IMG/VR virus record: IMGVR_UViG_2896595138_000003
DNA length: 21,651 nucleotides
Direction: 5' to 3' (one strand)
From: a virus
Taxonomy: Duplodnaviria; Heunggongvirae; Uroviricota; Caudoviricetes
Part shown: piece by piece, positions 1-10,482 of the stretch
Position numbering within the stretch: position 1 is the stretch's first letter
Layout: every line of letters starts with the position of its first letter
Program-made: the position numbers and the translations under genes
Notes under the pieces: generated by a model
The model's database searches: none
Told to the model about the DNA's origin: nothing
What the model saw: only the letters and a program-made list of their open reading frames with translations

Positions 1-163
1 CACAACATCCGAGGACAGCATCGTCCGCCAGCCTACAGAAGTCCGGAAAGCCATGGAAGGTCGTTGGGAGGAGGTACGAATTCTATCATGCAAAAAATAC
101 GTAAAATCGATAACGCCTAGAAATCATTCAATACTCGCACTATCGAAAGTTTACCAGCCAACC

Positions 164-192
164 GCGGCACGTTCCTGCATACGACGTGCCGC
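164..192. other. Stem-loop (8-bp GC-rich stem GCGGCACG/CGTGCCGC, 13-nt loop) just downstream of the tail-fibre-assembly gene; possible weak terminator
   Basis: Inverted repeat read directly from sequence; only a modest T-rich stretch follows on the plus strand, none on the minus strand. Confidence 0.25.
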
Positions 193-200
193 AGCTTCTG

Positions 201-818
201 TTATTCCACGATAAAATTCCTAACCGAATTCAAATCCTTCAGACTATTCAGCTCTTCCTTCAGCTCCCGCTGACGGCGATAAATCTCGTCATTGCGCTCA
301 ACCTGTGCCTGAGCCATTGCTGCCGCCAGTTCTTCCAGTTCCGGCATCGACAGTTTCACCTGCTGATTATCGGCATCACCCCACGTCATCACGTCCCGTA
401 CAATGTCGGATTTCGCCGCCATTACCACCGGATAAAGGCGGCCCAGTGAGTTGGGGCCAGCATCCCAGATACGACCGTTCCATTCAAACGTGAACGGCTT
501 CGCCTCCTGTTCTGTGCGCCATGCTTCAATTCCCTGACGTCTGGCCTCTCTGGCCGCTTCCAGCATTTCTGGTGTCACAGTGAATGGGGCTATCTCACCC
601 CATTTGCCGCTTTGCAGTTCCTGCCAGATTTGCTGACCCGTCGGAGCGACATCATCAGCGGTGGCTGTGTAGGGGACTGCCTGGTCCCTGTCGTCAAAAA
701 AAACGTCACAGTCTACTGCGCCACTTTCGGTATAACGGGGATTAATGATTTTTTTAATTTCCACAGTGCATTCCTCACGATGTGCGAATAAAAAGCCCAA
801 GCATTGCGCCAGAGACAT
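201..818 (-). CDS. Putative tail-fibre assembly/chaperone protein (second copy), 205 aa
   Basis: ORF immediately downstream of and overlapping the second tail-fibre gene; acidic protein with C-terminal coiled-coil-like region; call is by position and composition, not by a recognised motif. Confidence 0.5.
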   Translation of the reverse strand: MSLAQCLGFLFAHREECTVEIKKIINPRYTESGAVDCDVFFDDRDQAVPYTATADDVAPTGQQIWQELQSGKWGEIAPFTVTPEMLEAAREARRQGIEAWRTEQEAKPFTFEWNGRIWDAGPNSLGRLYPVVMAAKSDIVRDVMTWGDADNQQVKLSMPELEELAAAMAQAQVERNDEIYRRQRELKEELNSLKDLNSVRNFIVE

Positions 819-2038
819 ATGTATCCGGCACCCCGGACAGGGCGCAATATGACCCCGGTAATGAATGCTCTGAACATCCCGTAATGAAATATTGTGGGTA
901 TACTATATGCGTTCCGGTGGGAGTACAGGGCGCTGAAATCCCCACCGGTCCCAGTCGTGAGCCTCTGTATGACCGCCCCCTGACAAGTCTGATGTCTTTA
1001 TCACCGTCAGCTTCTCCCTGGTACGCAGCAATAATCAGCCCGCCAATGTCAGGGTCTCCCCATCTGTTGCGGACAGAGCTCGCCACGATTCTGTAAATAA
1101 TATCTTCTGTGGTTATATTTATTTTCACCCAGTCAGTCAGAAATCCAGATAAGAGCCGGTAGCGGGCGTGATAAATGGGGCCGTTAATGCCGTAAAAAGT
1201 AAGGGATTTGGCTCTGCGCCACGGTTCTATTGTCTCAGGGCGTGCATCAGTCCACCGGATGCTGAGCCCCCTTCAAACCGTGTGTCGGGTATGATGATGC
1301 CGTAGGGGCCAGCAACGGAATATTCACCTGGCAGCGCATTCCTTACCCAGACCAGGAAATCATCCTCAGTGTCAAAACGGACAGTATCTTCATGCAGAAA
1401 AGCACGCCCAAAGCCGAATGCACCGGGTATCGCCAGACGGCCTTTTGTCCGGTCGTAAATGTCGCTCTGTGCTTCCATCGTGGCTGCACTTTTCAGCCCA
1501 GATTATCCCGGGACTTCTGTTGTGCCTTTTCGCCTGCTGCTGCGATTTCAGACAGATGGTTAGCCGTTTTCAGAGTGCCGGTCAGCGCAGCATCAATGTC
1601 ATTTTTGGCCTGTTCTGCTGCGCGGGCATAACCTGCGGCTGCCGCCACATCCTGCGCCGTCTGCTGTGCGTTTCCGGCTGCGGCCCCGGCGCTCTGCTGC
1701 GCCTGCGCCACCATTTCCTCAAAGCGTTTGACGACATCCGGTTTCAGGTCGCCCTCATCAGGAGCAATCAGAAAGTCATTCAGCGTGCCGGGCTTTGAGT
1801 CGTCGTATACAGCAATGTCGCCAACACAGTACTCGTTGCGCCAGTCCTGTTTCAGATACACACCATATTTTCCAGTCCGCGCATGGAAACAGTATTCACC
1901 ATCGTTTCCTGTCATCACATCAGCAACAGTGTGCATCACCACTTCCGGGGTGTTTACCCGGGATTTCAGAATAATCTGGTATCCGGACATGGGGATACCT
2001 GCGCCATCAGTCAGCGCACCTGATATCACTACAGACAT
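775..2038 (-). pseudogene. Phage tail-fibre protein, second copy, frame-disrupted (N-terminal 181-aa ORF 1493..2038, then fragments 1227..1478 and 775..1128)
   Basis: N-terminal ORF is Ala/Gln-rich like tail-fibre shafts; reading frame breaks near 1480-1495 and again downstream; followed by an assembly-chaperone gene. Confidence 0.45.
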
Positions 2039-2061
2039 AGTTTTTCTCGCGATAAATTAAA

Positions 2062-2607
2062 TCAGGAAGAACCTTCCGGAGAGACGGACCATTCAATGGC
2101 GTTGTATGAGGATTTATCAGTGATGGTGCTGAAATCCATCGCCTGCAGCGATTTCGCGTAAATACGACAGGCTTTCAGCTTTTCTTTATCTTCGTCGCTG
2201 ATTAACCCCAGCAGCAGGTCTTCTTCCCATTCCCCTGTCCGGGCACTGACCTGAGCCAGAAGGGCATCACGCTCATCTTCCGCTTTGAGTCTGTAGTCAA
2301 AGACAAATTCATCATTGCGGTAAAACCAGTAACCCGGCGCGGTAATGCGGCGGTTGGCGGTAATATCAGGAACTTCAATAACACTGGCGTTACGGGGTTC
2401 AATGCCTGTCACATCCTTACCGACCCACACCACGCGCCCGTCTCCGGTGTAAACCATTTTTATGGTGTCACTGGCGAAATTCTTCAGCTCTTCATACCAG
2501 TTTTTTCCGTCTTCTGAAAAAAGCCAGGTGACCGAATATCGTTTTGTCATCTGATATTGTTCTGCTGTTTTCGGATTACCCGCAGTAATATTTTTTAAAT
2601 GCAACAT
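2062..2607 (-). CDS. tfa: Tail-fibre assembly protein (Mu U / P2 G family), 181 aa
   Basis: N-terminus MLHLKNITAGNPKTAEQYQ...DGKNWYEE matches the conserved N-terminal motif of Mu U-type assembly proteins; lies directly downstream of the tail-fibre gene. Confidence 0.8.
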   Translation of the reverse strand: MLHLKNITAGNPKTAEQYQMTKRYSVTWLFSEDGKNWYEELKNFASDTIKMVYTGDGRVVWVGKDVTGIEPRNASVIEVPDITANRRITAPGYWFYRNDEFVFDYRLKAEDERDALLAQVSARTGEWEEDLLLGLISDEDKEKLKACRIYAKSLQAMDFSTITDKSSYNAIEWSVSPEGSS

Positions 2608-2660
2608 TGTTAAATACTCGCTACGTTATACCAGGTGCCATTAATCAGTTTTTGCAGTGG

Positions 2661-3812
2661 TCAGTAATACACACCGTCAACGTTATCCGCTGAGTTACGG
2701 CCGGTATCCGATATCGCCATCCCTGACAGCCCGTGTCCCGAAGGTGCGCAAAATCTCCACGAAACGGTGTTACTGCCGGGGCTGTAATACATTTCATGGC
2801 CATACCGTACATCCTGTACCCCCTCTGTTCGATATTTATAGCGGGCATCGAAGTTTCCGTAATTTAACGGAATTACCTGTCCGTTAACAGTGAACACTAT
2901 GCTATTATCCGGGTTTCTCTGGCTGAAAAAATGCCAGCCTGAATCATCAACAAGCTCTGCAACAACAGGCCTGGATGGATTACCCCACAAACAAAACGCT
3001 GCATTTTTCGTGGAGTTGTTGGCGCTGGATAACGTGAATTTTCTGGCAGTTCCGGCCTGAATATTCTTAAAAGCAATAGCCACGCCATTCTGAAAACGAA
3101 ATACATGCTGTCCATTAGCATAAACATCCAGCAGACCATCGCCATTTTGTTTAAACCCGGTATCGTTATCTCCTAAAACGATTGAACTTCCACCTAACGC
3201 ATTCGTCGTACCAATTCCAAGACAACCATTAATGACGGCATTAACCAGAATATTTAGTGTATCCCATTTGAGATTCATCAGGTCTTTAACCCGGCCGCCA
3301 GCGAGGCGGTGTCTCCATTTGAAATATTCATTACCGTTATCCGCCGTTTCAAACCACATGTAGGAATCGGTGTCTGCATCCGAATCATTTTTAAATCCAA
3401 TCTTCGCCCAGTCAGTATTCCGAATCCAGGCGAGGATTGAGTCGTTTTCAAAAGTAAGTCCACCGGACAAGGTATCGCCTTCCTGATGAACATAGCGTTG
3501 ATCTGACTGCTCTTTACTGTAAACCTGAAGATTATCCCGTGCCGTCCCTTTATTCTGAAGGTCTGACAGATTGTTCTTCTGCCGCAGGAATATCCTTTTC
3601 GGATCCTCAAGAAGATTTACCCAGCCCGCACTGTCGGAGCCTTCAGGATCGGTCAGGTTATCGTCTGTGGTATTCAGCCAGACCGCTGTTGTTGCGACTC
3701 CGGCGAGAATGGCTCCTTTTGCATATCCACCAATGGCCCCCGCAAAACCGGCATTATACGTGTACAAACCGCCAGCTTGGGCGAACCGTATTGCTGCGGT
3801 AATATCGTACAT
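2661..3812 (-). CDS. Phage tail-fibre protein (P2 gpH-like distal region), 383 aa
   Basis: Contains motifs typical of enterobacterial myovirus tail fibres ([50 protein letters not shown]); has its own ATG with an AAGGA ribosome-binding site; the frame stays open upstream to the IS110 boundary. Confidence 0.8.
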   Translation of the reverse strand: MYDITAAIRFAQAGGLYTYNAGFAGAIGGYAKGAILAGVATTAVWLNTTDDNLTDPEGSDSAGWVNLLEDPKRIFLRQKNNLSDLQNKGTARDNLQVYSKEQSDQRYVHQEGDTLSGGLTFENDSILAWIRNTDWAKIGFKNDSDADTDSYMWFETADNGNEYFKWRHRLAGGRVKDLMNLKWDTLNILVNAVINGCLGIGTTNALGGSSIVLGDNDTGFKQNGDGLLDVYANGQHVFRFQNGVAIAFKNIQAGTARKFTLSSANNSTKNAAFCLWGNPSRPVVAELVDDSGWHFFSQRNPDNSIVFTVNGQVIPLNYGNFDARYKYRTEGVQDVRYGHEMYYSPGSNTVSWRFCAPSGHGLSGMAISDTGRNSADNVDGVYY

Positions 3813-3844
3813 CAGACCGTTAAAATCCTTGCCGTGTGGCGGTA

Positions 3845-4073
3845 CCCCGTTACTTTATTCGTACCCTTATAATGGGGTGTTAGCCAGCCAGACCCGGCAT
3901 GATTACTGCCCCAGTCGTCCATGATCCGGGGGGGGATGTCACCGGGTCTGGTGGGGCGCTGGTAACCGCTAATAGGGGTCAGGTCAGGCACTTTTGCCGG
4001 GACCGTCTGTAACGTGGATGCCGGTACCTGCTCCCCGTGGTTATCTGGTTAACCCATATACAAGGGAGACAGA
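3845..4073 (+). ncRNA. Candidate IS110-type bridge (guide) RNA in the 5' non-coding leader
   Basis: Established knowledge that IS110-group elements encode a bridge RNA in the left-end leader; the leader here is 229 bp, GC-rich with self-complementary segments, and contains a TATAAT at 3868-3873; not verified by structure or model search. Confidence 0.35.
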
Positions 4074-5270
4074 ATGACCGAATCCAGCGATTACGAATCC
4101 GTCCAGGTCTTTATCGGCGTTGATGTCGGTAAAGATACGCATCACGCTGTTGCCATTAATCGTTCAGGTAAACGCCTGTTCGATAAAGCATTACCCAACG
4201 ACGAAAACAAACTCAGGTCGCTAATATCTGACCTGAAACAACATGGTCAGATACTGCTGGTTGTTGATCAGCCAGCTACCATCGGTGCGTTACCTGTCGC
4301 CGTTGCCCGCTCAGAAGGAGTCCTTGTCGGATACCTCCCTGGACTGGCCATGCGCCGCATAGCCGACTTACACGCCGGTGAAGCTAAAACTGATGCTCGT
4401 GACGCTGCCATCATTGCCGAAGCTGCCCGTACCCTGCCTCACGCGCTACGCACGCTGAAACTGGCTGACGAGCAAATCGCCGAACTCTCCATGCTCTGCG
4501 GCTTCGATGATGATCTTGCCGCACAGACAACGCAGGCCAGCAACCGTCTCCGCGGCCTTCTGACCCAGATACATCCGGCACTGGAGCGCGTTCTCGGTCC
4601 GAGACTTGAGTACCCGGCGGTACTCGATCTTCTCCAGCGATATCCCTCACCAGAAAAACTCGCTTCGCTGGGTGAGAAGAAGCTGGCAGCCCAGCTCTGC
4701 AAACTTGCGCCTCGTCTGGGTAAACGCCTTGCAGCAGACATAGCTCAGGCACTGGCCGAACAAACCGTCGTCGTTCCCGGCACGAATGCCGCTGCCGTAG
4801 TACTGCCACGTCTGGCACTCCAGCTCATCACGCTGCGTAAGCAAAGAGACGAGGTGGCGCTTGAGGTAGAACAGCGAGTTCTTGCTCACCCTCTTTACCC
4901 GGTCCTGACCAGTATGCCCGGAGTCGGTGTCAGGACCGCAGCCAGACTCCTCACCGAGGTCGCCTGCCGCGCCTTCGTCTCTGCCGCACATCTCGCTGCT
5001 TATGCTGGCCTTGCGCCGGTAACTCGGCGATCCGGCTCGTCAATACGCGGTGAGCATCCCTCGCGACGGGGTAATAAAGCTCTCAAACGGGCGTTGTTCC
5101 TGTCGGCCTTCGCCGCGCTCAGGGATCCGCTCTCCAGGGCTTACTACACCCGCAAAATGAGTCAGGGAAAACGACACAATCAGGCGCTTATCGCCCTGGC
5201 GAGACGACGCTGCGACGTTCTGTTCGCCATGATGCGCGACGGGACTTTTTATACCCCGCAGGGGTCATAA
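4074..5270 (+). CDS. IS110-family transposase/recombinase (DEDD RuvC-like N-terminus, IS116/IS110/IS902-type C-terminus), 398 aa
   Basis: N-terminal IGVDVGKDTHHAVAI motif and C-terminal MPGVGVRTAARLL helix-hairpin-helix region. Confidence 0.9.
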   Translation: MTESSDYESVQVFIGVDVGKDTHHAVAINRSGKRLFDKALPNDENKLRSLISDLKQHGQILLVVDQPATIGALPVAVARSEGVLVGYLPGLAMRRIADLHAGEAKTDARDAAIIAEAARTLPHALRTLKLADEQIAELSMLCGFDDDLAAQTTQASNRLRGLLTQIHPALERVLGPRLEYPAVLDLLQRYPSPEKLASLGEKKLAAQLCKLAPRLGKRLAADIAQALAEQTVVVPGTNAAAVVLPRLALQLITLRKQRDEVALEVEQRVLAHPLYPVLTSMPGVGVRTAARLLTEVACRAFVSAAHLAAYAGLAPVTRRSGSSIRGEHPSRRGNKALKRALFLSAFAALRDPLSRAYYTRKMSQGKRHNQALIALARRRCDVLFAMMRDGTFYTPQGS

Positions 5271-5442
5271 CATGCTTGACAACTTAATAGGGGCCCCCCG
5301 CTGAGACCGCTGTCATGGTCGTCGGAGGAAAACCTGAATCATACGCAGCATTACCGCTCTCTCTGGTCTACTGTGTCGCCTTGTCCGGGATACGGTTTTT
5401 ATCTCCGGTACTCGCAAAGGGGACCGCCAGCTGGCGGGTTTA

Positions 5443-6047
5443 TCACTGGCCTTCATTACGGGACTCCTTTAAAACTACTGAAACATAAACACCCGGCGGG
5501 GACGGCAGTGCACCCGACGACTGGATAATCGCCAGTTCTGCCGACGAGAGCGCGGACTCAAAGACGTAACTCATCCTCAGCCCGCCATTATTCAGAACAT
5601 AAGCCCGCCGTTTTTTTCCGAACATAAACCTCAGCATCCGGTTAATATCTGGAACGGAACAGTCAGTAATATTCGACATGGCTTTCATCAGGATCAGTCG
5701 CCGGTATATGGCATCAGTCAGGTCAACAGTCCGGGTAACCGATTTTCCGTTGTAAAACGGTGCCTGATTAAACGGGCGGGAATCATCCATTACCGGGGTG
5801 TCCATCCTAGACTCGCTGAAGCCCAGGTAATTAAAATCGTCCTTTACCGTCAGCCGGCGACTGACACCCACAATCTTTCCCCAGACATCAAGACCATACT
5901 TTTCTGCGGTATCGATGTTCCAGATAAGACCATAAAAATCACTGATAAAACTGTCGGGGAGAGCGCTGCGTTAAAGCTGTTAATGAGGGCATTGAGTCGG
6001 GAGCTGGCAGCATACTGCGCAAGCACAGTGGCAGCCACATTCTGCAC
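5443..6047 (-). pseudogene. Phage tail/baseplate protein at the gpI position, frame-disrupted (ORFs 5850..6047 and 5443..5871)
   Basis: Lies between the J-like gene and the tail fibre; two overlapping ORFs in different frames; no recognised motif. Confidence 0.35.
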
Positions 6048-6048
6048 G

Positions 6049-7284
6049 TTATGCCTCCTGGAGTTTCACACTGATATCCGACACATCCAGAACCGAAATC
6101 TCATCTATCCCGAAAGTGACAGCCGTTGTCCATGACGAACCGTCACGGCTCACAGTAAGGCCCAGAATATCAATATGTTCCGGATCGGTTTTGTAAATGC
6201 CGGCATAGTAGCGCCCGGCAGAGACAACAGAGGCAACTCTTGCCCGCAGACCACCATCTGTACCATTAAATGCGTCCAGCACGGATTGCTGTACCTGTCG
6301 GGTAATATCTGAAGGCAGGTAGTCACTTTTTTTCAGCGTCACACTGACATGCAGACTGACGGGTTTGAGTGTCTGCCAGCTGATCACGTATTCAGGATAC
6401 GGCGGATCGTACTCCTTATCTGCAACAGTGAACGTTGTGTTGCCATTCATATCAATACCCGGCGGAGCCTTACGCCAGATGGCCGCCGCGATATCTGCCG
6501 GGCTGCCGCCGTACACGCCAACATAAAGCGAACCGGGTGTTAATGGATACTGACTGACTCCGGCTTTTTGTTCTGTTTTTTTCGGATTATGGGTGACGTA
6601 AACATCCACCACGTTTTCTACCGTGGAGAGTATTTCACCCCGGATGGCTTCCAGAATATTCCGGGCATTACGGGCAACTGAATTACGTCGGCGGTTTTCA
6701 AAGTCCGCACGGGTTTCCTCATCGCTGCCCGGCACACCGGCACGGGCGTTAGTGACACCTGACCAGCCAGGTATTGCCTTATAAATTTTATTCAGCGTCC
6801 CCACAGGACAGCCGACGGGCCGGTGGACAAATTCAGAAATACCGCATCAACCTGCCCTGATGCGCCGATAGTGACGTCTGACTGACATACTTATAACCGG
6901 CCTCATCCTGCGCCATACTGCCCGCCGGGATCAGCGTGCCAACCAGCCCGGTACAGGTCGCTGTTACTGTCGTACCTGTGGCCCCACGGCGCTCCAGGAA
7001 ATAAATCCTGCCTATTGCATCCTGAAAGCGACCACTGGAAAAGTCAGGGTTGATCTGGTTAACGATATACAGCAACTGATCGTTTTTATCCGCAATAATG
7101 GCGCTTTCGCTGGATGCAAGTTGTCCCTGCGGACTGCTCAGACTGGTACTCATGGCCCGCCCAGCGCCGCCGAAAAATCAGCAAGCCTGCCGCTCAGAAT
7201 ATCCGCTTCATCCGGCACATTCAGCCCGCTATCCGAAATCTGTACAGCGGGCACTGCGGTAGAAAAAGATTTATTTTCACTCAT
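6049..7284 (-). pseudogene. Baseplate assembly protein J-like (Mu gp47 / P2 gpJ family), frame-disrupted in two places
   Basis: Three consecutive ORFs (7151..7284, 6833..7153, 6049..6804); the first ATG overlaps the stop of the upstream gene (ATGA), consistent with one ancestral gene of about 410 aa. Confidence 0.6.
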
Positions 7285-7636
7285 AGCAGTACCGTAAAAA
7301 TGTCATTATTGGTATCTGTAATACGCAGCACACCTGTTACTGTCCGGGTTTGATCAGCTGTGACCTGGCAGACAGCGGCGCTCACGGTCGGCAGTTTAAG
7401 TGCTTCCTGTTGCAGAGTGGCATTCACCAGTTGTGTGCCGGGCCAGTGTCCGAGGATGCGTGGCCAGTAAGGTATGCCAGCCGTTGAGTCGTACCAGCAC
7501 TCCCCAGAAAAGTACTGCACGCACACGCCACATCCTGAGCTACCGCATGGGGATTATCAGTAATGGCAAGATTTCCGGTATCATCAAGCAGGATATCCCA
7601 TGTCCCGGTGTCAAGAAGAAGTGATCGTGACTGCAT
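7281..7636 (-). pseudogene. Baseplate protein W-like (gp25/gpW-sized, about 118 aa), frame-disrupted
   Basis: Size and position between the V-like and J-like genes; two overlapping ORFs (7424..7636, 7281..7526). Confidence 0.35.
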
Positions 7637-7648
7637 GTTTTCTCCTGT

Positions 7649-8325
7649 TTACCGGGGTCCCTGCGTGGTTGAGCCGCCGGACTCAACGCCGCCGTGAACG
7701 TGGTTTCCAAAATCAATACCCCCGATGTTCGAACCGCCGGAAAGCCTGGACTGCCCGGTAACGTTAAGCCCCTTACTGACGGCGGTATCGCCGTTCAGCG
7801 CAATTTGTGGTGAGTTAACGGTGAAGCTTTTCGGCGCATTAATCACACCCTCAGGCGCAGATATCTCCACTTTCCAGGGAGATACAATCCGTATCTGGTT
7901 GTCATCAAATACCACAAACTGGACGGGATCACCGTTGAGCACACCACCCAGCCAGATGGCATCAGCATAATTATGGGTACGCTTTGATCCCGGCATCGCA
8001 GCCTGACGCGTGGCTTTTACCGCACTGATATCCCGATCGCAGATGGCAAGAAAACCGATATCCCCCACATGTGGCGGCATAATCACCGCATTACCGCCCC
8101 CTGTAGTCGCCATACGGGAATGTTATAAATCACCTCATGTTCAACCGGGGAACCGTCTGCTGCAACGCCCATTACCATCGGTCGGGCCTCAATAAATCCC
8201 TCTTCCACGGCTACCACCCGTCCCAGAGTGATAAACGCATGACGTCCGAGAAACTGCCGCAGCATAAAGTCCTGTGCATTGATTTCGCTGTTCACGTCTG
8301 TCGGGTTACTGAGTGGTTGTGCCAT
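7649..8325 (-). pseudogene. Baseplate assembly protein V (spike), frame-disrupted by a 1-bp change in a G-run near 8100-8106
   Basis: C-terminal Gly-rich HxH region (GGIDFGNHVHGGVESGGSTTQG) resembles P2 gpV; restoring one G in the run joins ORFs 8083..8325 and 7649..8113. Confidence 0.7.
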
Positions 8326-8424
8326 TTTCTTCAGCCCTCATCATGGTACAGTTGGAACTCCACGGACCGCCCACGGTTCGCGAAGTAATGGTGTGTATCA
8401 CCCCTATGATCGTATAATCGCCCG

Positions 8425-9173
8425 TCATATCAGGCAGTGACGATTCCAGATGCGCTGGCCTGCCAGTAAAGAGATCGGGCAGAATATCGTGGTGGCGCTG
8501 AGTCCGGTCATGGTGTAAACCGGATAGCCAGTCAGTCCGTGATCCGGCGAAATCAGTACCGGCGGAATATTCCGGTTCTGCCCTTTCGGCCAGATGGTGA
8601 CTTTCTCCACATTCCCCAGATCAATGTTAATATCGGCGGCTGAAGCGACATCCAGCATTTGTTGTACAACATTACCGGAAAAATGCGGGTCAGACAGACT
8701 GCGGCTGCCCCCTGGTTTTCAAATCCAAGCCCGACAGTTGACGCCAGCGCACGGATAATATCTGCAACCGCAACATCGCCCTTTGCGCTGAAACCTGCCG
8801 CCGGCTGATTACGCAGATTAAAATGAATCTGTCCTGTCAGAATGAGCGGAATATCCGGCGCCTGGTTGTAGTCGGCGTATGCATCAGTAATATCACCTTC
8901 AAAAATAAGCCGCCCGTCGGCCCACAGCCGCATTTTATTTGCGGTACTCTGCTCCTGTCGCCACACACCGCGCCAGCTTAAATTCGTCATATGCGCCGGT
9001 GACATTCCCCAGATATACAGCGTGATTTGTGTACCAGCCACCCCTCCATATCCGGCAATACTGGCAAAACAGCTTGCGTCGGTAATGGTCAGCATATTGC
9101 CCTGGCCATTACCAAACGTTCGTCCGTCTGAAAGAGTGAACTCCACCGTTATTTTACGTTGTCTGTAGCTCAT
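8425..9173 (-). pseudogene. Phage tail/baseplate protein upstream of gpV (hub-like?), frame-disrupted
   Basis: Real N-terminus with a GAGGAA ribosome-binding site before the ATG at 9173; frame lost after about 155 codons and continued by ORF 8425..8658; family not recognised. The 216 bp between 9174 and the IS66 end holds the 3' tail of a further tail gene cut by IS66. Confidence 0.35.
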
Positions 9174-9389
9174 ATCAGTTCCTCAGGTAACAGCCAGTAG
9201 AGCCGGTATCGGGATCCGAGCCCCGCCAGTCAGGGTCACTATTCCCCTCCGTGTCGGTAAAAAACAGGTCCCCTGAAACGGCAGGTATCCGTACCGGACA
9301 ATCCGGTTATTATTCAGACACAGCACGCCATACAGGCACGGTTCACCATTAACAATGATATCGATATACATCCCGTAGTACGCTGATTC

Positions 9390-10439
9390 GTAAGCGCCCG
9401 AGAAGTACGTAGCGTAAGGATTATTTTACAGACGAGAAGTTCCAGGGCAGCAGTTCATGCACTTGGTTCGACGGCCAGTCATTGAGCTTCTCGATCACTT
9501 CGCGCAACCAGTCCTCCGGCTCCACTTCGTTCTGTTTGCAGGTGACCAGCAGACTGTAGATGATCGCCGCACTTTCTCCTCCCTTGTCTGAGCCGAAAAA
9601 GAGATAATTTTTTCTTCCAACCGCCACCGATCGTAACGCGTTTTCACCGATGTTGTTGTCTATTTCCACCCAGCCGTCACGACAGAACTCGTTCAGCGCA
9701 TTCCAGTGATTCAGGATATAGTCGAACGCCTTCGCCATCTCCGCATGTTTCGACAGCGTTTTCCTCTGCAACTGTATCCAGTCGTACAACGACTGCATCA
9801 ACTGGACGCTTCTGGCTTTTCTGACTGCAAGCCGTTCCTCTGCCGGACTGCCACGTATCTCCGCTTCTATGTCGTATAACTCTGCTATCCGTCTGAGCGC
9901 TTCCTGAGTCATTTCTGTCGGACGGCGCACATCCTCGTCATGGATTTTTCGGCGGGCGTGGGCCAGGCACCCGGCTTCCTTCACCCGGCCCGTTTCGTAC
10001 AGTACGTTATAACCTGCATAGGCATCAGCCTGCAGTACGCCCTGATACTTTGCCAGGTGGAGCTGCGGATGTTCTCCTTTGCGATCTGCCGAATACGCGA
10101 ACCAGACGGCTGCCGGCAGGGATGAACCCGCATTACGATCATCCCTGACGTATACCCACAGACGACCCGTTTTCGTCTTTCCGTTCCCCGGGCCAGTACT
10201 TTCACCGGAGTGTCATCTGCGTGCACCTTTCCTGCCTCCAGAACATAGTCATTCAGCGCTATATACAGAGGACGGAGTTTGTCTGCCATTTCTGATACCC
10301 AGCGCACCATGGTATTACGGCTCAGCTCCACGCCCTGTCGCGCGTATATTTCTGACTGGCGATATAAAGGGATATGTTCCATATATTTGCTGACCAGGAT
10401 CCGTGCAAGTAACCCTGCACTGGCATAACCGCGTTCGAT
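9390..10439 (-). mobile_element. IS66-family element, right-end fragment (terminal GTAAGCG-type repeat plus 3' part of tnpC), cut by IS600 copy A
   Basis: Terminal sequence GTAAGCGCCCGAGAAGTACGTAGCGTAAG at 9391-9419 adjoins the tnpC stop; IS66-family ends characteristically begin GTAAGCG. Confidence 0.7.
9421..10439 (-). pseudogene. IS66-family transposase TnpC, 5'-truncated by IS600 and frameshifted (GGG to GG near 10180)
   Basis: Contains [10 protein letters not shown] and LPWN-type TnpC motifs; frames of ORFs 9421..9984 and 9981..10577 join if one G is restored. Confidence 0.8.
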
Positions 10440-10482
10440 TGAGGTGTACTGGCAATAGCGGACACTACCATTTGTTCTTTTT

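Larger units (their letters stand above)
3845..5295 (+). mobile_element. IS110-family insertion sequence, copy 1 (about 1451 bp), no terminal inverted repeats or target-site duplication
   Basis: Boundaries set by comparison with near-identical copy 2; 229-bp 5' leader plus a 398-aa DEDD recombinase, about 25 bp after the stop. Confidence 0.85.

Noticed and set aside
2038-2062. Invertase crossover (gix-like) site between the two tail-fibre cassettes
   Set aside because: Both cassettes are co-directional, no invertase gene is in the window, and the intergenic sequence does not match the gix consensus convincingly.
3921-3933. G8 tract in the IS110 leader (C7 in copy 2) as a phase-variation switch
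   Set aside because: Several other homopolymers also differ between otherwise identical repeats, which fits sequencing error better than slipped-strand regulation.
4411-4991. Three ORFs on the minus strand inside IS110 copy 1 (and their mirror images at 14164-14744 in copy 2)
   Set aside because: They are antisense to the transposase gene, Arg/Ser-rich with low complexity, and recur only because the element is duplicated; these are shadow ORFs.
3868-5281. Possible promoter rebuilt across an IS110 circle junction (TTGACA at 5276-5281 near the right end, TATAAT at 3868-3873 in the left end)
   Set aside because: In a joined right-end/left-end junction the two hexamers would be about 36 bp apart, far from the 17-bp optimum; the TATAAT may still serve an internal promoter, but a junction promoter is not supported.
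186-8388. Numerous plus-strand ORFs of 60-126 aa overlapping the minus-strand tail genes (for example 186..449, 782..1096, 1418..1798, 3571..3924, 7114..7353, 7725..7970, 8137..8388), and alternative-frame minus-strand ORFs inside tail genes (2202..2402, 2897..3145, 3278..3610)
   Set aside because: They overlap better-supported genes, lack ribosome-binding sites and have low-complexity composition; shadow ORFs.
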